A stretch of 64,000 nucleotides of DNA from Callorhinchus milii. Its lineage: Eukaryota. The notes under the pieces were generated by a model. It did not search any database. It was not told the DNA's origin and saw only the letters and a program-made list of their open reading frames with translations. This document shows, in pieces, positions 1 through 13,780 of the stretch (its first letter is position 1; the number at the start of each line of letters is the position of its first letter). The stretch lies in NCBI RefSeq assembly GCF_018977255.1, contig NW_024704755.1:186001-250000 (forward strand), written 5' to 3'. The translations under genes and the position numbers were made by a program.

Positions 1-420
1 GGTGTGTGGGTGTGGGTGTACTGCAGTGGTGTGCGCGCGTGTGTACCGCAGTGGTGTGTGTACCGCAGTGGTGTGTGTGTGCGTGTGTACCGCAGTGGTG
101 GGTGTCTGTGTGTACTGCAGTGGTGGGTGTCTGTATATGTGTACTGCAGTGGTGTGTGTCTGTATATGTGTACTGCAGTGGTGTGTGTCTGTATATGTGT
201 ACTGCAGTGGTGTGTGTGTACTGCCGTGGTGTGTGTGTACTGCCGTGGTGTGTGTGTACTTCCGTGGTGTGTGTGTACTGCCGTGGTGTGTGTGTGTGTA
301 CTGCCGTGGCGTGTGTGTGTACTGCCGTGGCGTGTGTGTGTGTACTGCCGTGGCGCGTGTGTGTGTATGAGTACTGCCGTGGCGCGTGTGAGTACTGCGG
401 TGGTGCGCGTGTATGTGAGT
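1..420. repeat. GT-rich minisatellite (GTGTACTGCMGTG(GT)n) in a ZC3H18 intron
   Basis: Directly visible tandem units; the pattern resumes at about 663-710 after a SINE insertion. Confidence 0.9.
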
Positions 421-422
421 AC

Positions 423-663
423 AGGGCGAAACCTTGGGCAAGTTTCCTTACTCCACACGCCTAATAATAATTTCCAAAACAATAATAAATTAGTCATTTT
501 CACTCTACGACTGTTTGTGGGACATTGCTGTGTGCAATTGGCTGCCGCGTTCGCCCACAAATATACAGTCAATTCACTTTACAGTATATTCTGTGAAGCG
601 CTTTGGGACGTCCTCCCGACGTGAAAAGCGCTATATCAAATGCAAGGATTATTATTATTATTA
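423..663 (+). mobile_element. 5'-truncated Deu-core SINE inserted in the minisatellite
   Basis: Matches the body and tail of the full-length SINE copies (GGGCGAAACCTTGGGCAAG...AAATGCAAGGATTATTATT). Confidence 0.9.
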
Positions 664-799
664 CTGCCGTGGCGCGTGTGTGTGAGTACTGCAGTGTTGC
701 ATGTGTGTACTGCTATATTGGAATGGGTGGATATGTAGTGCCATTGTTGGGTCTGGTGTGCGCATGCCGCCATTCTGTGTGTGTGCGCTGCTGTGATGG

Positions 800-1055
800 A
801 CTTAAACTGAGGTCCCATCTGTTTCTGTTGAAGTGGATGTTAAAGATCCCTCAACGCTGTTGGAAAAGAGTGTTCGGGCCAATAATCATCCAAGTTGGTG
901 GTTTACTTCATGTCTGTTTGTGGGACATTGTGTGTACATACTGGCTGCTGTGTTTGCCTATAAATACACATCACTATACAATAAATTCTGTGAAGTTCTT
1001 TGAGAGATCTTGATAACATGATAAGGCTTTATATCACATACAAAGTTTATTATTT
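800..1055 (+). mobile_element. Old SacSINE1-like DeuSINE fragment
   Basis: TTAAACTGAGGTCCCATCTG..GTGGATGTTAAAGATCCC..TGTGGGACATTGTGTG core, heavily diverged. Confidence 0.6.
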
Positions 1056-1419
1056 AAATGTTTTAATATTGGGTGAATGTAGGAATTAGGGTTGAGGATG
1101 CCAGGGCCACGTCCAACTTGGGAAGAGAAGAGGGAGTGTGAGAAAGCATATTGTACATAACTGAGTAAATGCCTAGAAATATCTACTCGCTCCTGAGAGT
1201 GCTACTGACTGAGCCGAGATGACCTTTTGTGCAGCCTTGCTGTATGCAAAATGGCTGCCACTTTTGCCCACTATTATAGTCATTACATTTGCCTGCAATT
1301 ACCTTTGAGAATTTTGTAACTGCTAGGTGCTATTTTGAAGGCGAGGAGTTTTGCACTATAGTGTTCTGTGTTACAATTATAAAGCGAAAGCTACATTTGC
1401 CCATGTTAATGTTTTTCAG

Positions 1420-4400
1420 GTCTTCATCTCGTTCTTCTTCCTACTCAGCATCTGGCTCCTCCAGGTCACGGTCGAGGTCCCACTCAAGATCTTCTTCTTA
1501 TAGCTCCTACTCCAGCCATTCCTCCAGACACAGCTCCTATTCAGGCAGCAGATCAAGGTAGGACCCGAAGTTGCAGCCCCATGAGAGTACACAACACCTA
1601 GGGTATGACCTTCAGTTTGGACAGTTCTCTCCGTCCCACCTACCCTCCGTATTTTTATCCCTGCATATCTTTCTGTCGCCAATAAACCAAGTTGGTACAT
1701 CCAGGAGTCCTCCGCTGGCTTCTGGATGCCCAGAATAATGTGCCTCTGAATTTCTCTTCCAACCAACTGCATAGTTCTTGTGACAAGCTTGATATGAGGC
1801 ACAATATATGAGAACTGTGACTCTAAGGCACGTGTAGTAAATCAGAGTATGCGAGCTTGTCTTTTTCTCCACGTGCTGAGTTTCAGGTCTCTACTCAAAC
1901 CATCTAGAGAGGAAGTGAGTGAGATGAGGTGGGGGAGGGAAATGGTTGCAGTGCCACTGCTTCATGTCCCCCACCTCGCTCGCCCCACTATTGGCAGGCG
2001 GGCCTTCTGCCACTCTGCCCCCACCCACTGGAACTCCATCCTGCAGTCCCGCCACCTCGCCCCCTCCCTTGCCACATTCAAGACCCATCTCAAGACCCTC
2101 CTCTTCGACCATGCTTTCGATCTCCCTGCTTTCCCGCCCTCTGCCCTCCCCGACCCCCAGCTCGGTCCGAAACTGTCTGTCCAGAGCCTTGGGACGTCCT
2201 CCCGACATGAAAGGCGCTTTACAAATGTAATTTTGTTTTTTATTGTAATAATTCCTCCAAAAATATTCACTCAATCCCTGTTTCTGGAACACTGTTGTGC
2301 GCAATTGACTGCCCGCCGGGTTTCACTCACAAAATATACAGTCAATTCACTTTACAATATATTCCGTGAAGCGCTTTGAGATGTCTCAGCCACATGATTA
2401 GGGCTATATTAAATAAAAGGATTATTATTATTAGGAAGGAAATTACCCAACAAAGTGACATTGCTGGACCTAGAGCTTTACTGTTAGCTTCTCGGCATAG
2501 TTTAGCTACACAAAAAGAACATAAAGATTGGTCAAACATGAGCAATTCATTTATGCAACAGTGTATGAACCAAAGCTTATTCAGTCATATTATGATAGAT
2601 TTTCCACAGGTTGTAATGTAAAAGCACTTCCTGACACAATTGTGGTAAGGTACACACCTAGACTGAAAACTCCACATTGCAAAAGTGTTGTTTATACATC
2701 CTGGGGATTTGGTTTGAGTAGAATACTATTGGCTGATCAGCATCATACTCCAGGATTGGGTGGAGATGATCAATGACGTCTGCTTTTATTTTGTAAACTC
2801 GTTTTAAAAAAAAGAGGGTGGTGGAGGAAAGCACGATGGGACTTGCGTAATGTGGTTTATGTCATTGAAGAAAAGCTGCCTGAGGTCCTCTTACAGTTGT
2901 GATGGTGAAATTGTTTGCTGAGCAAGTCTGGTTTGCCTGTTGGGCTGAGCACCAGTTGTCGTACCTACGCCTGCAAAAGCCTATATATTCACTATTTGAA
3001 GCTGCAAATATCTACAGCCCTGTTTGCTGTTAGCTCTCTTCCAAATGGACGATTGTTGTAGAATGGAAATAACATGATGGGGAGTTGTTGGGATCTGAAA
3101 TGCTGTATAACTGAATTACTGTTTCCTCAGGTCGAGATCCTTCTCCTCTTCACCCTCCCCAACTCCATCGCCATCCCGCGCTAAAGATGCTGCAGGAGCA
3201 AAGACCAAAGGAGGTAGCAGCAAAGGTAGCGACGCACCTGCAACTATTGCAAAAAGGTAAGCAATGTGTCCCCATTGCTCTCAGGTGAGTGGGCACTTAC
3301 ACAGGGTGTTTGATTGTGTTTCAAACAGCATCGATACCCAAACAAAATGCAGTCATTACACTTTACAGTGTATCCTGTGAAGCACTTTCAGATGTCCTTA
3401 CAACAAGTTGCTGTATCAAATGCAAGGATTATTAATTTAGTGATCCCTGTAACTATAAGTAAGAGATCTGTCTTCTACGTTGAGAGAGCTTTCATCCAAG
3501 AATGTCAATTTATTAACTTCAGATAGGAAATCCGTTTACAATCTTTTATTTTATTTACACCCTTCATTAAATAAGAATCTCAATTATCTGTCAACTTGAT
3601 TACTCGTCGGTGAAGTGTCTCCCCCACCCCCCCCCAGCCATAAACAAGGCTCCCACTGTATACAGTCAGCTTTCTGCTCTTCCCTCTTCTTTGGGAACAC
3701 TGATAGCGAACAACGCCTCGGGTTCTTGCCTCTCCAGAGAGTCACAGCTGAGACAACAGTGTGGGAATCAATGAACACACAACTAGAACTAAGCACAACA
3801 TGATGCTCTTCATATCTCATGCTGAAACTTCTATTTGTTTACTTAGACCATATTGTTAACAACATTGTAAGGGTAAGTGAGGCTGTAACACCAGCCAGTT
3901 TCACTGGGGTAGTTTGACATCATCTGAATTAAGATGTGTACAATCTGACACTGTTAAGCTTTGGTTGGAGTCCTGTAGCTCAGTGGTTAGAGCACTCGCT
4001 TTGCAAGTGAGAGATCTGGGTTCGATTCCCGGCAGGGCGAAACCTTGGGCAAGTTTCCTTACTCCACACAGAGCCTAATAATAATCCCTCCAAAAAAACA
4101 AAACAATAATAAAAATTGGTCATTTTCAATCCATGACTGTTTGTGGGACATTGCTGTGCGCAATTGGCTGCCGCGTTCGCCCACAAATATACAGTCAATT
4201 CACTTTACAGTGTGTTCTGTGAAGCGCTTTGGGACGTCCTCCCGACGTGAAAAGCGCTATATCAAATGCAAGGATTATTATTATTATTATTATTATAGTA
4301 GTTAATACCCTCTCCTCATCCTGACACACATAGAAATATGTACAATTGCATCACTTACCTTACGGCCATCCATAATCAAGGTTCTCAGTATCAGTTGTTT

Positions 4401-7400
4401 TTAAAACACTTTGTTTGTGTTATAGTGGGGCCGCACAGCTTCAGTATATGTTACATAGTCTCTGGCCATTAGCAGCAGGAACCCTGTGTGATTTACACTT
4501 TGTGACAAGCCTTTGACTCTCCTCAGGAGGTGCAAAGCACAATTTATCCTCAGCAATTGTTCATGAAAGAATTGACTGAAAGCGAATGAAAATCCCATTT
4601 GCTAATAGCTCAGTTAGCACTAAACATCTTCAAGGGGTAGAGTAACGTCACAAATGGCCATCGGCACCAATGCTGTCACCTCGTTGTTTCCACAAACGTT
4701 CATAAGCTTCTCAACCTGAAATAACGAACAGCTTATTGCTCTTTCAGAATTTGTCTCTTTCATAAGCGCTCTGGGACCCTACACTGCATTAGGGGTGCTA
4801 TATAATTGCAAATTGTTGTTGTCGTTGTTCATTCAAAAAGGTTAAAAAAAGCATTCATTGTCCTTTCCATCCATCACCGTCCACCAATTTATAGAGAATG
4901 GTGGATAGGACAGGAAATGGGCTATAATCTGATTAAGTGGTGGCTCAGTTTGGAACACTTACCCTCCCTCCCCTCTTATTCCCCCCCCCTCCCCCCCGGC
5001 ATGGGGTGCCAGAGACTCCTGTGTTGTCAGTCTCCTGTGGCCTCTGGCCAGAGAACTCACTCATGCCTGGTGTTCGCACTAAAATAGTAAACTTTGTGAC
5101 AATTACTCGAATTTAATCATGTTATAATAATAATAATCCTTGCATTAATAATCCTTGCACATAGCACCTTATCATGTCTTTGAGGAGATTCAAAAAGCTT
5201 CACAGAATATACTATAAAGTGAATTGACTGTATTTTGGGGGTGAAACACAGCAGCCAATTATGCACAGCAGGATTTGGCAATGGAGTGGTAGTGTGAGAG
5301 ATTAGAGGGATCGAGGGTGGGTTTTTGAGGAGAAGTGTGAAGACAGCGGTTTTCAAGGGGAGTGGAACAGAGTCTGAGGAGAAAGACTGGTTGACCATGT
5401 TGGCCAGCAGGGGGGAACAGAAGGGGGAGTTAAGTGACTATCAGCTGGATGGGGGTGGGGGTCAAGATAGCAGGAGGTGAACTTCATCTGGGTGATTGTG
5501 GTTGAGAGGGAGGAGGGAGAAATGGGGGCAAGGGAGTGTAAGGGGGGGTAGTGGCATGGGCTGTGGCAGAGGGAGAAGGCGGTGCGGATGATCTGGGTGG
5601 GGTGGAAGGGAACGTGGTGAGGAGGACGATGCAGCCAAGTGGATGTTTTCATTTTTTGAAGTGAAGAAGTCTAGGGGCTCTTCGCGTTTGGTGTTTGATG
5701 TGAGGATAGAGCGGGCTTGAGGGGGCGTACTGAGGAGATGATGAAAGGTAGAAAACAGTGACTTTGGATTGTTGTTGGTCTCCAGGATGACTTTGGAGTA
5801 AAAGTCATTTTTGGCCTGCGAAAGGGAGAGGCGGTGGGTATGAAGGAACTCAAGCTACAGCTGGTGGTGAATCGTGTGGGCGGATTTCTGCCATCTGCGC
5901 TCGAGCATCTGGGTTTGTGTTTTGAGTGAGCGGAGATGACTGTTGTACCTGAGGGAGTGGGTGGGTTTGGAAACAACCCAGGATTTCAGGGGTGCCGGGA
6001 ATTGAAGGTTGTGGAGAGATGGTCATTCAGCAGCTTGACGGCTGCATCAGGATCGCTGCGGGCAGAGGGCAAGGACGTCTGAGGAAAAGAAGGGATTTGT
6101 GAGGGATCCGGGGAAGCTTTTTCCAGGAGCGGAAAAAAATGGTGGAGGGCTTGGAGGAGGGGAAGGGGGTGGGAGGAGAGGGAGATGAGGAAGTAGTCCG
6201 AGATGGTCTTGTCTAAGATAGACAGGTCGGAAATGTCAAGGCCATGTGTGATGACGAGGTCGAGGGAGTGGCCACAGTTGTGGTTCAGTGAGTTGATGTG
6301 GAGGGTGAGGTTTAGGGAGGAGAGGGGGTCAGTGAAATCCGAAGAGGTGATGCTAGGGGAGTTTAGGTTTATGAGCAGGTGTTCAGTGCAGAGGGACAGG
6401 GATGAGGGGAGAGCGGAGATATCAGTGAGAAGGACAGAGGGAGTAGCGGAGTGTGGGGGCTGGGAGCAGGAACATTTTCAGGGGGAGCGGGTCGGGGCGG
6501 CAGCCAAAATGCGCACGCAGAGACCGGGAGTGAGTAGTCACCAGGGAAGCATCAGCCTGCGGGCAATGGGAGACAGCCCAGGGTGGGCCGGGGGTGGAAG
6601 AGGGTGGATGGTGGTCATGGCTTAGCCGGGAGGGAAGGGAGGGCAAGAGAATAGTAGAATATACACTGTACTTTCCCTACCCTGGGGGATTGGAAAATGG
6701 CACCCAAAGTGACAACCAGCAGCAAGATTCGGGCGGGGGATTTTGAAATAGCGTCTCCGCTCCTGAAGCAGCTGAAACTTTGCCGGTTGCTCACCACCGT
6801 ATGATCGTCCATCTGTGGCCTCAGAGGATCTCTTGCACTCGTTATACAGGCAGGAGATTTGAAGTTTCTCACCCCTCTGGTGCCTGCCTGCAGCCTACCT
6901 CGCATGGCTTTCGTCGACCAAAACCTTCGACTCTCCTCCCCACTTCTCCTGCTCGGTTTACCGTGGTTTCTCGAGACCCCGCTGCTCGCTGACTCACGGC
7001 AATAGCATCATAATAAGAGGATCATACTTTATGTGGGGCCTTATTTGGAAGACTAATATTAAGTTCCCAGAATAGTAATGCTGTTTTTGTCTCAGCCATT
7101 ACAACACTGTGCTTAGTTGATATTGAATACAATTCCTGATGGTGTATATTATGAAGGGAAATCTGTTTTCAGGGAGGAAGGGGAAGTGTTCAATGTGCAT
7201 CACTGACCCCTGAACCCAGGGGCAGGGAATGAGCACAGGCAGACACTACACCTCAGCAAGTTGCTGCAGTTAATGTGATGTGGATAGGTTTTGCCTACAT
7301 TTTTCTTCCTTTTTTATCCTCCACAACAGTGATAAAACTGTGAAGAAGCTGCCCTCCCCACCTCACTCAGGGCAACTGGCCGGGGCCAAGGTCACAAAGT

Positions 7401-10400
7401 CGGGTACAGACGGCAACAAACCTGCCGAGAACCGAGAGGGAAGAAAGAAGGAGCGACTGCCTCGGTCCCCACTGCGGAGGTCAGACACTGCGTAAACCTG
7501 CTGTACTTTGTGGATAGGCTTGTGACAGTCTCACAATGTTTTACTGAAGTTCATAGACTTGTAGCAAGCTGCAGTAGAAGCTGCTTAAGCTGGACACTGG
7601 TTAACCCTGGACGCCAGGTAAATCGAACAAAACCGATTAAGCCAGGTCCCAATTAATTTGTATTCTGACCTATTTTAAATCTGCTGGTCAGCACAGCGTC
7701 CACTCACTCGCATCTCTGTGTCTCGAGTGGCTCCAGCCATTCACAAGCGGCTCCTCGGAGCTGCTGCTAATTAGTCCACTTCCTGTCCAGTGGGAGGAAG
7801 TAGGCCCCACTGCTGCTCCTGTGTTGGGCGGGAAGCTATGGGGTTCATGTGTTTCCAGCTTCAGCGAATCCACTGTATTTTGTTGATTTTTCTAAGAATC
7901 AAATAAATTGTAGTTTTTCGGTGTTGTTAAAGGTAAATGTATTGGGACGTCTTCCCGATGTGAAAGGCGCTCTATAAATGTAATTTTGTTGTTGTTGTTG
8001 TAAAGCACTTGTATCTTCTGTGTCCAGGCGGAACGCAAGTGGCAGTGACACTGCCAGCAGCTACACCGGGTCAAGCTCTCGTTCACGATCACATTCTCGT
8101 TCAGTGTCTCGGTCAACATCAGCTTCAGGCTCCGTGTCAGGCTCCCACCGATCCAGGTAAATATGCGCAGAGCAGCTATTCTCTGTCTCAGACTCAGCAC
8201 AGCATTCAACACACACGTTGAGTCTGTGGCTACTTTTACTGTTGAGAATATAATAATAATCCTTGGATTTGATACAGAGCCTTATCACATCTTCGAGACG
8301 TCTCAAAGTGCTTCACAGGATGTACTGTAAAGTGAATTAACTGTATATTTTGTGGACAAAATATCAAGTCCTTCTGAACTGCAGCTCGATAGCAGTAACG
8401 CGCTGCATGAGCCAGTCTTCTCAATGGCCCACTTGATATGGAAGTAATTAAAGTATTGATTGTGTTGCAGATCCTTGAGTGTGAGCAGTGTGTCCTCAGT
8501 GTCAAGTGCTTCATCCAGTAGCAGCTCTGTGAGAAGTGCAGACTCTGAAAATATGTACGCTGATTTAGCCAGCCCTGTATCCTCTGCCAGCTCCCGCTCA
8601 CAAACCCCTGCTCAACCCAAGAAGGAGAAGGGTGAGCAACAGCTTGAGATGTTTAGTTTTCTCCATAACTCTGCTGTTTGTGGTTTTAAACTCTCATTGT
8701 GAGAACAGATTTAAATGTCAGAAGTTACAGGGAGCGGGGCAGCCCTAGCATCTCGCACGTTCTGTGTTATTGTTCAATACCTGACAACAGTTTGAGTAAA
8801 TATCGACAGCAAAGACTGAGGTCAGGTTCAGTCCAGTGTAACCTGCAGATCTTTATATGCACTGTAAATTGTACATTTCTGTGTAACATATGTAATCTAC
8901 CAAAATTTAAAGGGGTAAAATCTAACCTTGTGTTTTGCATATTGTTGTTCTCTATCATGTCAACTCTCTCTTCAACTTCTCATTTCTGTCGTTGGCTCAT
9001 CCTTACTACTGGGATTCAGAAAATGGAAGTTTGTTTAGTGACATACATTATACACAGCAATCTCTTGGGGAATCACAATGTAATTGAGGCTGAAGGAGTT
9101 GGTGTGTGTCAGCATGTTGTTTTGGTCCATCACCCGATGTCTGCATACCTCTGCCTTTGCTTATAATGTGGTTGGTGAGCCATTGGACGCACCTAACCAC
9201 ATATAATGAGGTTCCCTGATTTCATACATCTATCTGCAAGTCACCTGAGCGGTGCAGAGTCTGGTATCCGCACGTTAATAGTTTACGACAGATGTACGTC
9301 CAACTTGCTGTCAAGGTGTCATATTCCTTATATAAGTGGCATTACTGAGTGTTTCACTGTATCAATCTTTCAGCAAAACCCAAACGAGAGGAAACTCCAA
9401 GAGACAAGGAGCGCGAAGAGAGGCGGAAACGCGAGCCTCCACCCCAGCCACAGAAATCGTCCACCACAGCAAAACCAAGTCAGATCAGCAAACCCCCTCA
9501 GCTGGTGTACAGTGCACACAAGGACATCAAGCTCACTCTGTTAAACAAGGTAACCTGAAGCAAATAGCAATCTAGAAACTAGTGGGTCAATGTGTGGCTC
9601 TGCCCGGTTTCTGCCCCTTGTTTTTTGAGTAAAGACACCTCCAACCCGGCAGTGAACTGAACCCACCTCCTTCTGGGGGATCCCTGGTGACCCTCTCTGC
9701 GGCGAGAAGGCACTGTCGCTCCTGAGCAAATTCACAGCCCAGGGGGTGGAGTGGGGGCAGGCTGAGTGCCGAGTGGGGGAGCAGGCTGGGGGGTTGGGGG
9801 AAGTGGATGGACAGGGGCTCTTGGTAAAATTCCCAGTTGAAGCTTCCTGCAGCTTCTTTTATTTGAGGCCAGTTTTCTGAGATCCTCACTGCCCCTGGTG
9901 ACTCCCTCCCCAGGGAAGATGTACATGGAGTCCTGTAGCTCAGTGGTTAGAGCACTCGCTTTGCAAGTGAGAGACCTGAGTTCAATTCCAGGCAGAGGGC
10001 GAAACCTTGGGCAAGTTTCCTTGCTCCACACAGAGCCTAATAATAATCCCTCCAAAACCAAAAACAATAATAAATTGGTCATTTTCAATCTACGACTGTT
10101 TGTGGGACATTGCTGTGCGCAATTGGCTGCCGCGTTCGCCCACAAATATACAGTCAATTCACTTTACAGTGTGTTCTGTGAAGCGCTTTGGGACGTCCTC
10201 CCGACGTGAAAAGCGCTATATCAAATGCAAGGATTATTATTATTATTACATGTTTGGAGACTGTTGAGTCTCACTGGGATATGTACGAAATCTCTGACAG
10301 CACGGTCTGCCTCCCCTTATTTCAGACAGCTGATAAAGGCAGCAGGAAACGCTACGAGCCCTCTGATAAAGAGAGGCCCTCCTCTCCTCCTTCCAAACGA

Positions 10401-11404
10401 ATGGCCATGTCTCCAGAAAGAGGTAGGAAATGCATGTTTCATGTAGAATTGTGCTGCACTCAGATGTTTATGGTCAGAGGTGGGGAATGTACTAATCAGC
10501 GGCTGAATTATTGAAGCTGCTTCAGGAGGTTAGAGTGAAATAGTCCATGGAAATGGAATTTCTCAAGCACTAATGTGAGCACGTCATACTCTACACTCCT
10601 GCCAGATAAATGGTTGTGAGATCTTTACTGTGTGTATTTCTCCATGGTTATCTGTAGCCCATCTCTCTCTGTCAGGCCACCGGGAGCGCAAGTCGTTTGG
10701 ACGGCCACCGTCACCAAAGGCCGATCGGCAGAGCAACCGTGGGCCTCCAGTCACCAGATCATCTCCTGCACAAGCAGACAGGTCAGTGTGCACAGTGACA
10801 CCCCCTCCTCACACACCATGCGCACCCTCACACAAATGCGCACACCCTCCTCACATATACACATCCTCACACACAAGTCAGTGTGCACAGTGACAGGAAC
10901 GAGGGAATGGGAGTTGGGAATGGCTTGTGGCAGTTTTCACTGATTGCTGACAGTGAGCAGTTGACAGTGAGGATGGGGTTAGCCACAGCCCAGCACTGCC
11001 TGGCACACTATCATTGTGCAAGTCACAGCGTAACCTGCTTTCATTCTGGCAGGTGATACTTTACATGAACTTGATTTCCAGTTTTCTACTTGTACTTGGT
11101 GGGAATGCTGGCGGGGTTGGGAGAGTTGGGGTTTTCCTGGTGCTCCTGACAGTTTTTAATCGTTTTTTTCTCTTTCAGAAAACGGCCGCCTTCACCTCAG
11201 ACCAAGGTTTCGAGCAAAGTCACCAGTGTGTCTTCAAGCTCCGGCAAGTCACACGACACATCTACTACTGCCAGCTCAGCCTCTGCCGCCAAGTGCAGCA
11301 AGTCGAACACGCTGTCCCGCAGAGAGGAGCTGCTCAAACAGCTGAAAGCCGTGGAGGATGCCATCGCCCGCAAGCGAGCAAAGATCCCTGGGAAGGTGCA
11401 GTAA
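1420..11404 (+). CDS. ZC3H18: Zinc finger CCCH domain-containing protein 18, last 9 coding exons (5' part lies outside the window)
   Basis: Exons 1420-1557, 3131-3256, 7330-7479, 8028-8156, 8471-8631, 9374-9549, 10326-10422, 10676-10781, 11179-11404, all GT-AG with compatible phases. Peptides RSSSRSSSYS, SLSVSSVSSVSSASSSSSS..MYADLASPVSSASSRS, HKDIKLTLLNK, ADKGSRKRYEPSDK and TLSRREELLKQLKAVEDAIARKRAKIPGK match the recalled human ZC3H18 C-terminus; TAA at 11402-11404. Confidence 0.96.
1945..2245 (+). mobile_element. L2 LINE 3' fragment
   Basis: Encodes IGRRAFCHSAPTHWNSIL..FKTHLKTLLF (L2 ORF2 C-terminus) followed by the GGGACGTCCTCCCGACATGAAAGGCGC tail. Confidence 0.85.
3967..4296 (+). mobile_element. 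Full-length young tRNA-derived DeuSINE (~325 bp)
   Basis: tRNA-like head with A box (TAGCTCAGTGG) and B box (GTTCGATTC), Deu-type core TGTGGGACATTGCTGTGCGCAATTGGCTGCC, L2-like tail and (TTA)n end. Confidence 0.92.
5285..6630 (-). mobile_element. Degenerate L2 LINE, 5' half of ORF2 (endonuclease-to-RT linker region)
   Basis: Minus-strand frames give VNQSFSSDSVPLPLKTAVFTLLLK and TQMKFTSCYLDP, typical of L2/CR1-group ORF2; many frameshifts; abuts a SINE tail at 5117-5285. Confidence 0.75.
9927..10248 (+). mobile_element. Full-length young DeuSINE
   Basis: Near-identical to the copies at 3967, 59141 and 60845. Confidence 0.92.
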
Positions 11405-12230
11405 GGACTCGGATGCAGCTGTCAGTATTAGTCCATTCATTCGGGATTTGGTCTGGAAGCAGCCATGTCAGGACATCGCAGGACCTCGCCACCACTTGCC
11501 AGGGTGTGCCTGACCCCGTGGCTGTGTGCCTGACCCCTCCCCAGCTCTGCCCTGACACCTCCTCGGCTCCCTGACACCCAGGCAGTTTAGTGATCTTTCT
11601 TTTCAATTTTTTTCTTAAACTGGAGCGCTGGCTGCATTACATATTTAACACAAACTGACTGCGGTCGATGAGTTTCAAGCCGTACAGTTGATTTGTCTAT
11701 AGTCATGACTGGACTGAACATGTGAAATCTGGCCCAAGAGAAGCAACCCTCCCTCACCCTCTCTCACATACATGGCTTTAGGAGTTCTCTCTCTCGCTCA
11801 CTCTCTCTCTGCTTGTCCAAGCGAGAAAGCCCTGCTATAAATACTGTATTACTGGAAAGCAGATGAATGTGCTGTGAAACTGCTTTTTTCCCCCCCTCAC
11901 TCCCTCCCCCCATCCCCCATTTTTGGATAAATCTCGCTTCCTCTCAAATAAATATTCATTCTATTATTTTACACTTTACCCTCTTCAGATTGTTTTAACC
12001 TCCTGATTCGCCGTCCTGTGGTTGTTTGAGATTTGGCTGAAGACTGGGAACTGTTTAACGAACAAACACAGAGATAAATATTTTTTAAAAAAAATGCAAA
12101 TTCCGGCAGCCGGTGTTTGTGGTGCAGCATTTCAGGAGCTTCACATAACAGTGAGGGCGGAGGCCGCAGAGCAGGGAAATCTTACACTGAATTGTAAAAC
12201 CAGGATTCTTGACTTTTTTTACATGATTTT

Positions 12231-12236
12231 AATAAA
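12231..12236 (+). terminator. Candidate ZC3H18 polyadenylation signal
   Basis: AATAAA about 830 bp after the stop, followed by T/GT-rich sequence; another AATAAA lies near 11947. Confidence 0.5.
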
Positions 12237-13544
12237 GGACTTATTAGTTGTCAGACTTCAGAAAGTTTTTGATTAGCTGCTTACTTGGTCTGTTTCTGCT
12301 GCACCCCAGGCACACCGATGATCTGCTTCTGTCGTGTGTTGAGGGGAAGATGCCAGGTTTCCCTGTAAAGCTGTATTTTCAGAATTCAGAGCTGTGAGTC
12401 CCAAGGGCTCTGTGAAGAGGTGTTTACCTCACTGCCAGTCTTAAGCCTGAAATCGAGGGCAGCCTTGCATAGAGTCCCACCCGAGCCCCCTGAGTGAGTG
12501 TGTCCTGCGTGTGGAAAAGGTTCCTTGAACCTCACACTGCAGAGCCGTGGTCAAAATCTCCAGCATAAGTGCCACGGTGCAAGCAGTGAAACAAATAACA
12601 AAACTTAAACTGTTCCCGAAGAGCACCGAATGTCCGAGTGATACTCGAACCTCACAAGCCGTCTTCACTGAGGAGGTCTATCAGATACCTGTACTTGTGT
12701 GTTTCTGTTGTACCAAACTTACAAACCGGGCTTTCTGTAAATCGTTAAACTGAAAATTATAAAATGGAACCAGAGCTTTTGATCTGCATTTCTTATCATT
12801 GTATTGTGACCTTCTCACTTCCTGCCACCACTGGTTTCTACCCCCATGAGCATTATTCTCCTGCACACACCACATTCGCACAGACACAACACAAAGAAAC
12901 ACACATCAAAAATGTTTGCACTGTTTGTATCTGTTGGTCTAGTAATGATTCAGGATCCGGCTCACTGCACTGTGTTCTCTTGACACCTTCTCAGCTCTCA
13001 AACTTTACACCTGTGAATGTTGTTAGTGATACTCTGAAGTTCACTAACTAATTTCCAGATCTGTAGCAAGCTGTTATTCCTGGGTTGATCTGTTGAAATG
13101 CTATTACATTCTCCCTGGACACATTTTTTTATTGAAGAAATTAAGCCATAATGTGTTGCAGATTTTACTGAGACAAGGATCCAGTGAAGACAAACTCTTT
13201 AGGCAACAATTCAAGAGACCTGGGTTAGTAGTGCTGTGCCTGGTGCACTAGCCTAATGTATTTAGCCTCCAATGAAGGTTGCAGAGCAGGTTGCCCCAGT
13301 CTGGCTGTTGTGGAAGTACTGAGGGAGCAGTTTGACTGCCTACCTCCACACACATGCCTTGTGTAGTCATGCAGTAACCCTAGGAAGAACAGCCATTGGA
13401 TTCTCTCTATCTACCACCCCCCCCGTAAACATCACTGCTGAGCAGGCTGACGTTGAGAGTCCAGCAGGTTCTCCCACCCATCGTGCTGAGCGTGAACGTG
13501 TTCCACAATCAGCCATGAACTGAATGGCTAGTTTTTATTATTTG

Positions 13545-13780
13545 GGGGATTGACTTTAGGACACCAAGAGAAACTACCTCTTTTTCAGGTTATGCCACAG
13601 GATCTTTAATGTTCACCTGAACAGGCAGGTGGGTCTGATTTAACTTCTCATTGGAAGAACAGCAACTCTATGTGGTTCTCCCCCTGGAATGCAAGCATAG
13701 ACTGTGAGCTCAAACTCTGTTGTGGGGCTTGAACCCACAACCTTCTGACTCGGAGGTGAGAGTACAAGCGACTGAGCCAG
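13545..13780 (-). mobile_element. Old SacSINE1-like SINE, 5' part
   Basis: Reverse strand reads TGGCTCAGTCGCTTGTACTCTCACCTCCGAGTCAGAAGGTTGTGGGTTCAAGCCCCAC (tRNA head) then GTGAACATTAAAGATCCTGTGGCA. Confidence 0.65.

Noticed and set aside
3967-4040. tRNA-Ala(TGC)-like sequence
   Set aside because: It is the head of a multicopy SINE, continuous with the Deu core and L2 tail, not a stand-alone tRNA gene.
4212-4227. TTCTGTGAA Roquin CDE-like loop in SINE copies
   Set aside because: Only about 3 bp of stem, and the copies are intronic or intergenic.
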